Assembly: GCA_045862955.1 (NCBI GenBank)
Contig: BTVI01000007.1
Span: forward strand, 15,778 to 79,777
Direction of reading: 5' to 3'
Source: Fimbriimonadales bacterium
GTDB taxonomy: Bacteria; Armatimonadota; Fimbriimonadia; Fimbriimonadales; JABRVX01
Length of the DNA stretch: 64,000 nucleotides
Part shown: positions 37,785 to 47,192 of the stretch, piece by piece
How the letters are laid out: every line of letters begins with the position of its first letter
How positions within the stretch are numbered: the first letter of the stretch is position 1
Translations under genes and position numbers: made by a program
The notes under the pieces: model-generated
Database searches by the model: none
What the model saw: the letters and a program-made list of their open reading frames with translations, nothing else
What the model was told of the DNA's origin: nothing

Positions 37785-39419
37785 CTACGGATCGGCGGTC
37801 TTGGCGAAACTCACGAGAACCATCGTGATGTCGCCAATGTCCACGCGGCCCGATCCGTCGAGGTCGAGCGAGGCGGAGGCTTTGTCGAAGTTAATCAGCA
37901 CCAGCGTGAGGTCTGCGAGGTCCACCACAGCGTCGCGGTTCGCGTCCCCACCCGGCAGGCTGACGCTGAGGCCATCCAGCACCTCTCCCACCGCCACGCT
38001 TTGCCCTACGAGCCTGCGGGCGAGGAAAGGCTTCCCAGGCGTCTGAAAGCGAATGTCGTACTCTCCGCCGGATTGGAACAACAGATCGAACGAGCCGCCG
38101 TCGCCGGGGAAAAAGGCCAGGCTCTCGACGGGCATCGAACCGTTCATCAGGGAGGCGACGACTAAGATACTCTGGGGGTTCAGATGCCCCGGTAGGGAGA
38201 TCGTTCCGCGCACCGTGGCTCGGGTGGCACGAAGAAGAGCATGATACGCATTGACCCTACCGAAACGCACCCAGTCGCCGATCGCATCCGCATTCTGCTC
38301 TATGTAGCTGCGCACTGCCGTAGCGTGTGCTCGCGTACGAGGCACGTTGGGCAGATCGTGAGCTCGTGCCCCATACAGCAGCGCAGCCAGGCCGGAGGCG
38401 AAGGGTGCTGCATAGGAGGTGCCAGAGTCAATGCCGTAGGCGCCATCCGATAGGGTAGACAAGATGCCGTCTCCCGGAGCCGCGACATCCACGAACTGGT
38501 CCACGCCCCAGTTGAACTGCGACCACGGCCAGCGCAAATCACCCGGCGAGGTGGCACCTACGTCAATCACTACTTCATACGCCGCAGGATACATGGGCCA
38601 GCTGGCAGCGCTATTCCCGGCAGCACCTACCAATACCACGCCGGCGTCCCAGGCCGCATTACAAGCCTCTTCCACTGCAGGGTCGTGCACTGGACCACCT
38701 AGACTGAGATTGATCACATGACACCCGTTCGTGGTGGCCCACTGGATGGCCTCGCGCACGTCTGTAGTCGTGCCTTGCGCGAACTGGTCCAGCGCCTTGA
38801 GAGGGATCAGCTTGACGTTGGGTGCGGTGCCTGCGACTCCCTGCCCGTTGTCGGTCATGGCCCCGACGATGCCTGCTACCATGGTCCCGTGTCCGTTGTC
38901 GTCGGCGGTGTTCGTGTTGTTCTGTATGGTGTTCCAGCCGGGGCCAATGTTAAGCCATAAGTCCGGGTGGTCGGACCGCACTCCCGTGTCCACGATGGCA
39001 ACCCGCACGTCGCTTCTGCCGCGGTAGATGTCCATGGCCTGTTCCCAACGGATGGCGGGAAGACCCCACTGGAAGGGGTAACTGGGATCGTTCGGCTGCC
39101 AGAGGGCTCGGTAGGTGTAGTTGGGTTGTGCATGCTGCACGAATGGTAGCGACTTCGCTGCAGCTACCAGGCGTTGCACGTCAGCATTCGCAGGTGCTCG
39201 AAAGAGCGCGTATCGCCCGTCGCTGAGCGTTCTCACGTGGGTGACTCCGACCCGCCGCTCCGTCTCGGCGATCAGGACAGGCTGCGTGGTCGCGAATCGA
39301 ATAAGCACGGAGCCGGGCTCCCACTCACCGGTGGTCATCGCCGGACCCTGATCACCGAACGAACCAGACGTGCAGCCAGCTAAGCAGACCAGAAGCACCA
39401 ATCGCGCGAACAGCATCAT
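37785..39419 (-). CDS. Subtilisin-like S8 serine protease, probable lipoprotein, with Ig-like plus dockerin-like tail
   Basis: Lipobox LAGC; triad VDTG, GHGT, GTSYA; tail GDANRDAVVDLADL / DLDGSGRVDIGDI. Confidence 0.9.
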   Translation of the reverse strand: MMLFARLVLLVCLAGCTSGSFGDQGPAMTTGEWEPGSVLIRFATTQPVLIAETERRVGVTHVRTLSDGRYALFRAPANADVQRLVAAAKSLPFVQHAQPNYTYRALWQPNDPSYPFQWGLPAIRWEQAMDIYRGRSDVRVAIVDTGVRSDHPDLWLNIGPGWNTIQNNTNTADDNGHGTMVAGIVGAMTDNGQGVAGTAPNVKLIPLKALDQFAQGTTTDVREAIQWATTNGCHVINLSLGGPVHDPAVEEACNAAWDAGVVLVGAAGNSAASWPMYPAAYEVVIDVGATSPGDLRWPWSQFNWGVDQFVDVAAPGDGILSTLSDGAYGIDSGTSYAAPFASGLAALLYGARAHDLPNVPRTRAHATAVRSYIEQNADAIGDWVRFGRVNAYHALLRATRATVRGTISLPGHLNPQSILVVASLMNGSMPVESLAFFPGDGGSFDLLFQSGGEYDIRFQTPGKPFLARRLVGQSVAVGEVLDGLSVSLPGGDANRDAVVDLADLTLVLINFDKASASLDLDGSGRVDIGDITMVLVSFAKTADP

Positions 39420-39447
39420 CCCGGCAGACAATGCTACTCCAGGATCG

Positions 39448-41121
39448 CTACGGGTCGGACGTCTTGGTGAAGTTGACGAGAGCCATGGAAATGTCGAGAA
39501 GATCCACGGCCCCGTCGCCATTGAGATCGCCGCTCCCGGTGCCCGCGAATTGCAGGAGGATCATGTTCAAGTCGGCGATGTCGACCGCTCCGCTGCCGTC
39601 TGCGTCACCGTTCAAAAGTGTGGCATTCACCGTGGACGCCGCTGCGACGCGAGACAGACCCACGCTCGGAACGCGCCGCGCGAGGAACTTGCTCGCTGCA
39701 GAGAACCGCACGTCGTACGTGCCCGGTATCGTGAAGGTGGTGGAGTACGAGCCGTCCGCGCTCAGGGTGATAGGCTTGGATGCCACCAGGTTCGAAGTAC
39801 CCGGCTCGAAGAGTTGGATCGTGATCGGCACCGTCTGCGGCGCCACGTGTCCCTGAAGAGTCAGTGTGCCCGAAATGGCGGCGGGTAGGTTGAGGGCCGC
39901 ATTCAGCGCCGCATCCAACTTGATGCGGCCGTGAGTCACCCACGTTCCGACGTTGTGGCAGTTCGACTCGATGAGCTGGCGTACGAGCGACGCGGCTTCC
40001 ACGCTCCGCGGAGTTTCCGTACGGGGCTCCGTCAGAGCTGCATAGAGGAGTGCGGCTTCTGCGGAGACGTGCGGCGTAGCCATGGAAGTGCCGCTGAGGT
40101 AGCCATACGTTCCGCCGAGCAAGCACGAGTAGATGCTGGATCCGGGTGCCGCTACATCCACCCACTGATAGTCGCCCTGATTGAAATTGGAATCACCAGC
40201 TCTGTAGTCGCCAGATGTAGACGATGCCACTGCGATGCACTCGACGAAGGAGGCAGGGTAAGCGGGGAGATAGGTGTTGTTGTTGCCGGCTGCCACGACC
40301 ACTAGCACCCCGTTTGCCACCGCATACTGGACTGCTGTCAGCACGCTGGCAGGCGGAACGGCAGTGCCCGCTAGGCTCATGTTTATCACGTGGGCACCGT
40401 TGTTCACGGAGTAGTTGATGCCTTTCGCCACGTTCTCCCAAGTTCCATTGCCGCTGGCATTCAGAATCTTTACCGGTAGTAGCATGGCGGTGGGATTCAT
40501 GCCGGCGATGCCGGTGGCGTTGTTCGTTGCTGCAGCCGCAATTCCTGCGACGTGGGTGCCGTGTCTGTTGTCGTCCTCCGCCACCGGATCGTTGTTCACG
40601 AAGTCCCAGCCGGAGTTCAGGATCTTCGACTGAAGGTCGGGGTGGCTGAGGGCGATGCCCGTGTCGCAGATTGCGATGATGACCGAGGACTTGCCCTGGT
40701 ACGCTGCCATCGCTGCGGGCCATCCGACCTTCGGCGGACCCCACTGAAGATCGTAGAATGGATCGTCGGGCCAGGCAATCCGAACGATGCCGTTGGGTTC
40801 GGCGAACACCACGTTCGGGTCGAAGCGCAGCCAGGAAGAAAGACCGACCACATTGGCGGTCGGAGCCAACTCGATCTTGTAGATGCCGAGATCCGGGACG
40901 GAGGGGAGGAGCGAGCCGCCGAGCCGCACGGCGATTCGCTGCATCTGTTCCGCCGTCGTACCCTGGCGAAACTTGATCAGCATCTCGCCAGGGACGTATT
41001 CGAACGCCGGTATCTGCGGTCGTGCGGCAAGCTGGCCGTGTACCAGGCAAAGCAGGGCGGCAGCGGCAGTCGTGGCGGCGGCGCGGCGCAGCGCCGCAGC
41101 GGCAATCCCGGTCGAACTCAT
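39448..41121 (-). CDS. Subtilisin-like S8 serine protease with Ig-like plus dockerin-like tail
   Basis: GAAAGG SD; triad CDTG, HGTHVAG, GTSMATP; tail GDADGSGAVDIADL / GDLNGDGAVDLLDI. Confidence 0.92.
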   Translation of the reverse strand: MSSTGIAAAALRRAAATTAAAALLCLVHGQLAARPQIPAFEYVPGEMLIKFRQGTTAEQMQRIAVRLGGSLLPSVPDLGIYKIELAPTANVVGLSSWLRFDPNVVFAEPNGIVRIAWPDDPFYDLQWGPPKVGWPAAMAAYQGKSSVIIAICDTGIALSHPDLQSKILNSGWDFVNNDPVAEDDNRHGTHVAGIAAAATNNATGIAGMNPTAMLLPVKILNASGNGTWENVAKGINYSVNNGAHVINMSLAGTAVPPASVLTAVQYAVANGVLVVVAAGNNNTYLPAYPASFVECIAVASSTSGDYRAGDSNFNQGDYQWVDVAAPGSSIYSCLLGGTYGYLSGTSMATPHVSAEAALLYAALTEPRTETPRSVEAASLVRQLIESNCHNVGTWVTHGRIKLDAALNAALNLPAAISGTLTLQGHVAPQTVPITIQLFEPGTSNLVASKPITLSADGSYSTTFTIPGTYDVRFSAASKFLARRVPSVGLSRVAAASTVNATLLNGDADGSGAVDIADLNMILLQFAGTGSGDLNGDGAVDLLDISMALVNFTKTSDP

Positions 41122-41389
41122 AGCACCTTTCCTCTCAAAAAGAATCACAACAGGCCCAGGCAAGCGGTCCGTGCCTGAGGTTCGCCGCAAATCCTGAGCC
41201 AATCTAACTGCATTGAACTGGCTAAGGCCCCCCGAAGTTCCGTTCCGGCGGACAAGTCCCCTAAGCCCGGTACTCCGGCGGGCTTTACCGACCGGACGAA
41301 GCGTCCCAGAGAACCGAGCCAGATGCCTCGACGCTTCGACCGACAACGGAAGGCCCCTCCGAGGCCTCCACTGCTCCTGGAGGGTGGAT

Positions 41390-42584
41390 CAGTGGAATAC
41401 CGTCATGCTGAGCCTGTCGAGGCATGCGATACCTGTTAGGGGCGTTTCTGTATCACAGTGGAATACCGTCATGCTGAGCTTGTCGAAGCATGCGATACCT
41501 GGTAGGGGCGTTTCTGTATCACAGTGGAATACCGTCATGCTGAGCCTGTCGAAGCATGACGGCAGCCAAGGCAAACGTACCTGTGAGCCTCGAGCCCATG
41601 CGGTGCACGGGGTCTTGCTTCGACAAGCTCAGCATGACGGTTCGAGACCCTGCCGGGCGACTGGAGCCTCCCAGTGACCCATCCTCCCCCAGCGGTGGAG
41701 GCTGCCGGGGCCACCCACCACGGAGCCTTCGCCGGTCCTTACGCTCGCAGCATGCGTCCAGTGCAATGGAGACATGGATTCCCGCGTACGCGGGCATGAA
41801 ATGGCCTAGGGGGCCGGAGTTCTGGGATACCGACCTAGGTTCCCGCGTACGCGGGAAGAAAGTCTGGGTACGAGTACCGCCAAGACACGTCCACCCGAGA
41901 CTCCCGCTTGCGCGGGAATGAAGGACGTACCATCCCTACGCTACTGATCGTCATTCACACGAAGGGGACTGCTAGGAAAGTCCATGACTGCACCGACGGG
42001 GGCGTTTCGACTGGAAGAGCGTCATGGAGGATGGCTCAGTGGAATACAGTCATGCTGAGATTGTCGAAGCATGCGATACCTGGTAGGGGCGTTTCTGTAT
42101 CACAGTGGAATACCGTCATGCTGAGCCTGTCGAAGCATGACGGCAGCCAAGGCAAACGTACCTGTGAGCCTCGAGAGCATGCGGTGCACGGGGTCATGCT
42201 TCGACAAGCTCAGCATGACGGTTCGAGACCCTGCCTGGCGACTGGAGCCTCCCAGTGACCCATCCTCCCCCAGCGGTGGAGGCTGCCAGGGCCACCCACC
42301 ACGGAGCCTTCGCCGGTCCTTACGCTCGCAGCATGCGTCCAGTGCAATGGAGACATGGATTCCCGCGTACGCGGGCATGAAATGGCCTGGGGGACCGGAG
42401 TTCTGGGATACCTTCCCGCGTACGCGGGAAGAAAGTCTGGGTACGAGTACCGCCAAGACACGTCCACGCGAGACTCCCGCTTACGCGGGAATGAAGTACG
42501 TACCATCCCTAGGCTACTGATCGTCATTTCCACGAAGGGGACTGCTAGGAAAGTCCATGACTGCACCGACGGGGCGTTTCGACT
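41390..42584. repeat. Non-coding REP-rich region: 66-bp tandem units and a ~560-bp tandem duplication (41456-42011 / 42037-42584) carrying two palindrome families
   Basis: Offset 581 bp, falling to 573 after loss of GACCTAGG in copy 2; family A plus family B (GGATTCCCGCGTACGCGGGCATGA-like). Confidence 0.9.
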
Positions 42585-42810
42585 CATGCCCCGGCGCGGT
42601 CCAGAGGTGCACTTCCTGCCCTCGGTACTGCTACCTGGCGGACGCGGGCCGGGGCATAGCCCCTTCTTCAACAGGCTCGAAGGCCGGATTGCAGTTAGCT
42701 CTGTGCCTGGAGGTCTGGCTGCAGCGCTACCCCGAGGGTGGCAACTTGCGGCAGCCAAGACGCTAAGACCTCGAGGCCTGGAATGCTGAATCACTCAGTA
42801 ATCGAGCGCG

Positions 42811-42861
42811 AAAAAAAAAAGAGCGCTAAGTCTTGCACATTGGCTCCTGCTGTGGTATACT
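42811..42861 (+). promoter_or_regulatory. Sigma70 promoter with upstream A10 tract
   Basis: A10 (42811-42820), TTGCAC (42833), 17-bp spacer, extended -10 TGG-TATACT (42853-42861). Confidence 0.7.
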
Positions 42862-42882
42862 ACCTGGTGAGAGTGAGGGGTC

Positions 42883-43536
42883 ATGCTAGGCATCGTCAAT
42901 GCTCCCAATGGACCGGGGCAGAGCACTAGCTGGCAAGCGGCTCCGGACGGGGCCCCTGGGCGGAGCCCGAGGATCAGGGTGTTGCTGTGGCTCTTGGTGG
43001 CAGTGCTCGCCGCGTTGGTCTGGGCGTTGCCCTCGGACCCGCTGCTAACCCGGCATGTTCTTCGAGCCATTTGGCCCACCCAGCCGGTCGGGGTTGGTGC
43101 GATGGCCCCTGACCCACCGCCTGGTTTCCGTCTCAGTCGTGAGGCGGCGGCTCACCTCCAGAAGGTTGCAGGAGAGAGACTGGAGTGGCCTGTGCTACTG
43201 GTCGTCGTCTTAGATGATTGCGGCGACTGCTCCGATGCCCCTCCTCTTCGTGCGAAAGACTTTGCAGGGTGGCGAGTCGGTTCTGTCGTTGTCGTAGCGC
43301 CCGCCGTAGTACGGGAGTCGGATGTGCGACCATCGGTACCAGAGGAAGCGGTCGTCGTTAGCGATCGCGTCTCGAGCTGGGCTCCTACTTCCATAGGCTA
43401 CCAACTAGGCCCGTACTTCTCGCCGCGTGCCTTTGTGATGGAGGAGGGCTGGGTGGTCTTGGCAGCGCAACGAAGCGACGAGTCCTTAGGTCAGTTCATT
43501 GAGCGAGTGCGCTCGAAGGCTGGAGGTGGCAGGTGA
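42883..43536 (+). CDS. Membrane-anchored divergent thioredoxin/redoxin-fold protein (CGDC)
   Basis: TM helix, VLLVVVLDDCGDC, cis-Pro-like FSPRAFVM; GAGGGG SD. Confidence 0.6.
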   Translation: MLGIVNAPNGPGQSTSWQAAPDGAPGRSPRIRVLLWLLVAVLAALVWALPSDPLLTRHVLRAIWPTQPVGVGAMAPDPPPGFRLSREAAAHLQKVAGERLEWPVLLVVVLDDCGDCSDAPPLRAKDFAGWRVGSVVVVAPAVVRESDVRPSVPEEAVVVSDRVSSWAPTSIGYQLGPYFSPRAFVMEEGWVVLAAQRSDESLGQFIERVRSKAGGGR

Positions 43537-44234
43537 TGAATCGTTCGCGAGCATGGACGCTGGTAGAGCTTCTTATCGTAATAGCCATCTTGGCTGCGCT
43601 GGCAGCGATCGTGTATGTGCTGATGGCGCCCGTGCGTGAGAAAGGTCGCCAAACGGGCTGCATCTCGAACCTGAGGCAGATCGGCCAGGCGATTGCCATG
43701 TACCGCACGGACTACGAAGGCGGGCGAGGCGATGCGCCGCAGGGGGGGTCAGCCTCTTGTCCGAACGTGTGGGCACGCTTGGGTGTCCCGCCCGAACCCC
43801 ATGACATGGTTACGGCAGGCTACGTGAAGGACCCTCGCATCTTCTGGTGTGAGCTAGACCCTCGCGTCAAGGAACTGCACAACACTCCCATACCGCCTGG
43901 CATGACGATCCTGGATGCGAAGGTGTTTAGCTACAATTGGTGTCCTATCGGTTGCTTTAACCGCCTGCCCCTAGCGGAGCGCAAGGCGGAGTGCGAAACC
44001 GACTATCGCATTTACAGGGAGAGGGGCGAACGGATGGTGCTGGCGATCGACATGAATCACTGGCGCTACTACTATTTCGACGGCCCCATAGAGGTCAGGG
44101 ACCCTAACGACAAACGGATCGAAACGATGAAGCAGAAGATGATCGGGCTCTTCCTCAGGCTGGACGGCTCGGTGCAACGACTCAACTTCTCCAACATGCC
44201 ACCTAGATCAGAGGGTGGCACATGCGGAATGTAG
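43533..44234 (+). CDS. Prepilin-type N-terminal cleavage/methylation domain protein (DUF1559/pseudopilin-like)
   Basis: RSRA-WTLVELLIVIAILAALAAI, REKGRQTGCISNLRQIGQAIAMY, C-terminal LRLDGSV. Confidence 0.88.
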   Translation: MMNRSRAWTLVELLIVIAILAALAAIVYVLMAPVREKGRQTGCISNLRQIGQAIAMYRTDYEGGRGDAPQGGSASCPNVWARLGVPPEPHDMVTAGYVKDPRIFWCELDPRVKELHNTPIPPGMTILDAKVFSYNWCPIGCFNRLPLAERKAECETDYRIYRERGERMVLAIDMNHWRYYYFDGPIEVRDPNDKRIETMKQKMIGLFLRLDGSVQRLNFSNMPPRSEGGTCGM

Positions 44235-44275
44235 CTTGTGCGGAGTAGCACGCGAACGAGACAGAGGTGTAGGAG

Positions 44276-44650
44276 ATGAAACACCAGATATGGAGAGCGG
44301 CTCCCATCGTCGCCAGTATCGGCATACTCGTGGTAGGGCTACTGCGGCTCGCTGGGATTGCGTGGGGTCAGCAGGACACGTGTCCACCGAGCGTCTATGT
44401 CCCACCTTGCCCGGCCTTTCAGTGCAGCTTTCACGTAGGGGAGTCTTTTACGTGCTGCAGTACCAGGCCGAACCGATGCTGCCAATACGTTTGCACCCAG
44501 CTGTCCTGTAATGGCACATCTCAGTCGTGTTGGGGTCAGCTGATGGACAGGCAACTAGTCGAGCAGTACTTCGACGGTCCAGGTTACGTGTATCGCTGCG
44601 AGGATCCACCGGGCGTGTGCACGATCCATTTCCCTGCTAGACCTCGCTAG
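44276..44650 (+). CDS. Small secreted cysteine-rich protein (12 Cys)
   Basis: GAGGT/AGGAG upstream; signal peptide ending AWG-Q; 12 Cys including two CC pairs. Confidence 0.7.
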   Translation: MKHQIWRAAPIVASIGILVVGLLRLAGIAWGQQDTCPPSVYVPPCPAFQCSFHVGESFTCCSTRPNRCCQYVCTQLSCNGTSQSCWGQLMDRQLVEQYFDGPGYVYRCEDPPGVCTIHFPARPR

Positions 44651-44717
44651 ACGCCGTTAGCCCAGTTGCATCCATTCAACCCCTTCACCGCTCCTCCAGG
44701 GGAGACACGCGTGACTG

Positions 44718-45791
44718 CTACCACCCTAATCGTCGAAGGAGCTCACGGGCCCGGGACTCGCTGCCTGCCCTAGTGATGGCGAACAGCCCTTGCGTGCCGA
44801 CGGCGTCCACTAGGGGGAGCAAATGATCGGGTTCCACCTCCACTGCCTGCACGCTCTTTCCCGCATCCCTGATACGCCGATACAGGTCGTACCACTGCGG
44901 GTCCCCGCCTCGCGGCAATCCCGCCTGCGGCGTCCACTCTATCGCGTGGATAGACTCGATGCTTAGCAGCGCATCGAGGTGAGGCAGCGCTTGCGTCCCG
45001 TCCAGGTGATACAGCACGAAGTCCATTCTTCGGCACTGCTCGTCCAGCGCTGGCACGACGAACTCACGAAACATCGCCGGACTGATCATGCACGAGAAAT
45101 CACACTGCACCTTTGCCGTCTTGCCAGGTCCCCACAGCTGGAAGGCGGTGAATGCGCTCCCTCCCCACGGGTCTCGCACCCTCTCCAACAGCCGGTCGTA
45201 CGCCTCGAAGTACGCAGCGTTGATTTCCGACAAGCACTTCTTTACCCACTCCGGTCGCTCGAGTAGGTCCATCAGTGTGTGATCCGCGCCTCGTAACTGG
45301 GCGAGGGTGTCTATGTTCTCGATGAGGTCCGGGAAGCCCAGCAGGTACCTGCCTTCCGCAAAGCGAGCGGCCCGCTCTAGCACCTCGAGATGAAGCTTCC
45401 ACCACCGGTTCTCGGGATCGAAGCGCAGAGGCGGGTGGCGGTCCGGGTCGGAGATGCAGGGCTGGTACCACACGGTGTTCTCCGCCACGTGCCCTTCGGC
45501 TCCCAGGAACAGCCCGAGGCTGCCCGGCCCGCCCACGTCGCCATCGAAGAGCGGAAACGCCACCCCACCGAAGAAGGTGTTGGCCATGCGGTACAGCTCT
45601 CGCTGCAACCGCAGGTCCGGGTCCAGCCACAGGTCCTGCTCCGAGGCGTCAGGCGGCGGGGGCGGGACGTCCTCCCACGGCTCGTCCTTGGGGGCAGTTA
45701 TGTGAACGGCGAGGCCCTTGCCCGCCCACCAGTCGGTGAAAGCCTGCCGTGCTTTCGGCCAGTCGTCCTTCCAGAGGCCCGGTTCGCTCAC
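44718..45791 (-). CDS. UroD/MtaA-superfamily protein, putative methylcobamide methyltransferase
   Basis: DTLAQLRG, VQCDFSCMISP, YHLDG, IEWTP; GTGA-coupled to mtaB. Confidence 0.7.
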   Translation of the reverse strand: MSEPGLWKDDWPKARQAFTDWWAGKGLAVHITAPKDEPWEDVPPPPPDASEQDLWLDPDLRLQRELYRMANTFFGGVAFPLFDGDVGGPGSLGLFLGAEGHVAENTVWYQPCISDPDRHPPLRFDPENRWWKLHLEVLERAARFAEGRYLLGFPDLIENIDTLAQLRGADHTLMDLLERPEWVKKCLSEINAAYFEAYDRLLERVRDPWGGSAFTAFQLWGPGKTAKVQCDFSCMISPAMFREFVVPALDEQCRRMDFVLYHLDGTQALPHLDALLSIESIHAIEWTPQAGLPRGGDPQWYDLYRRIRDAGKSVQAVEVEPDHLLPLVDAVGTQGLFAITRAGSESRARELLRRLGW

Positions 45792-47188
45792 GGCGTGAGG
45801 CCATACTCTTCGGGCACGTAGTTCACGTGACTCATCTCGCCGAGCATCTCGCGGGTGAAGGCGTCTTCGTCCTCCGGAATGGCCTCCGCCTCTCTCGACA
45901 TGCGGTCCAGCCAACGGGCTTCGGCCTCCGCGATACGCAGGTGCCCGGCCGACCACGCGTTTCGGATCTCCTCCAGCGCAACCAGTACGGCACGCCTCGT
46001 CTGCAGGAAGTGCGTCGGTTCCTTCACGATGTGCTGCGAGATCCGTAGAACCACGTCGGGACGGAGCACGTAGGCCTGTGGGTCCAGGGCGGAGTCCGAG
46101 TCGGACAGCCAGTCGCGCAGGCGCAGGGCGTCCTCGTGCGAGCGGCTGGAGGCCGAGTTGAGCAGCCTGCAGTCGTATATGAGCTGTTCCACAGAGACGG
46201 TCGGTGCGTAGTCGCTCAGTAGCCGCACGTTCTGCACGCTCTCGTTAGACCAGCAGTCGCATACGGCTTGTGCGATGTTGCCCATGGTGCTTAGGTGCGC
46301 GCAAGCGGCACTTCGGCCTTCCATGGAGATGGGCACACCGGCGATGGCCTTCATGTAAGGCCCTTCGTAGGCGCAGTCCTTGCTCGGCCCGACAGCGCCC
46401 CGCTCATAGGCCACTAGGCTCCGTGGCACGGAGGCCACACGCGCCACCGCAGCGAACACGCGCGGGATCATCTTCTGCTCCGCCAGAGCCATCGCCGTGT
46501 TTGCGAAGCCGCACGCTGTGTCGCCCGAGGGGATGACGCCGTTCTCCCTGCACACGCCGACGATACGGTCCCACAGGAACTCCATGTCCCTGCACGCCAA
46601 CACGCCGAGCGCGAACACCAGCGCCCGCAGGTCGCCCGTCATCAAGGCTTCGTCCGAGATCTCCTTGCCCCCGGTGGACTCGATTGCGAGCAGGTCGGCG
46701 CCCGCAGCGGCAGCCTGCTGGAACAAACCCATCATGCCTTCCCAGTATTGGCTGGTCTTCATGTGGGTCGGGCGTTCCATGTCCCGATTGTCGTTCGGTG
46801 TCAGCCTGAGCGCGTTCTTCTGGCCGTGTTTGTCGTGATACTCCTTCAGGGTGTCGGCGAGGATGCGGGTGACATCGGCACCCCAGGCCGGCCGCATGGT
46901 CATGGGTGGCAACGTTTCGAACTCTACGAGCAGGGCAGGTGCTTCGAGCGCAACGGCGCGCTCACACACTCGGCGGATCATGTCCGAGTACTGCTCGCGA
47001 ACCTCGGGCCACGTCGCCTCGCCGATGTCAATTGGGGGAAGCGTGAAGTTGACCTCTGGGATCACGGTCCCCGTACCGATCTCCACTCCACGCCCACAGG
47101 TGACAGGCTTGGGGGCGTGACCGAAGACAAAGTCATCCAGAGAGGCGATCGCGAGCGAGCCGTTCTTCCAGGCGGGTTCCGGCGGCAT
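45788..47188 (-). CDS. mtaB: Methanol:corrinoid methyltransferase MtaB family
   Basis: IESTGGKE, GDTACGFANTAM, KDCAYEG, EGRSAACAH, DCWSNESVQN motifs. Confidence 0.88.
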   Translation of the reverse strand: MPPEPAWKNGSLAIASLDDFVFGHAPKPVTCGRGVEIGTGTVIPEVNFTLPPIDIGEATWPEVREQYSDMIRRVCERAVALEAPALLVEFETLPPMTMRPAWGADVTRILADTLKEYHDKHGQKNALRLTPNDNRDMERPTHMKTSQYWEGMMGLFQQAAAAGADLLAIESTGGKEISDEALMTGDLRALVFALGVLACRDMEFLWDRIVGVCRENGVIPSGDTACGFANTAMALAEQKMIPRVFAAVARVASVPRSLVAYERGAVGPSKDCAYEGPYMKAIAGVPISMEGRSAACAHLSTMGNIAQAVCDCWSNESVQNVRLLSDYAPTVSVEQLIYDCRLLNSASSRSHEDALRLRDWLSDSDSALDPQAYVLRPDVVLRISQHIVKEPTHFLQTRRAVLVALEEIRNAWSAGHLRIAEAEARWLDRMSREAEAIPEDEDAFTREMLGEMSHVNYVPEEYGLTP

Positions 47189-47192
47189 GGCG

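Noticed and set aside
41122-41390. Riboswitch (c-di-GMP or c-di-AMP) in the S8 protease leader
   Set aside because: Some stems are present but the conserved cores could not be matched by eye; an Infernal/Rfam scan would settle it
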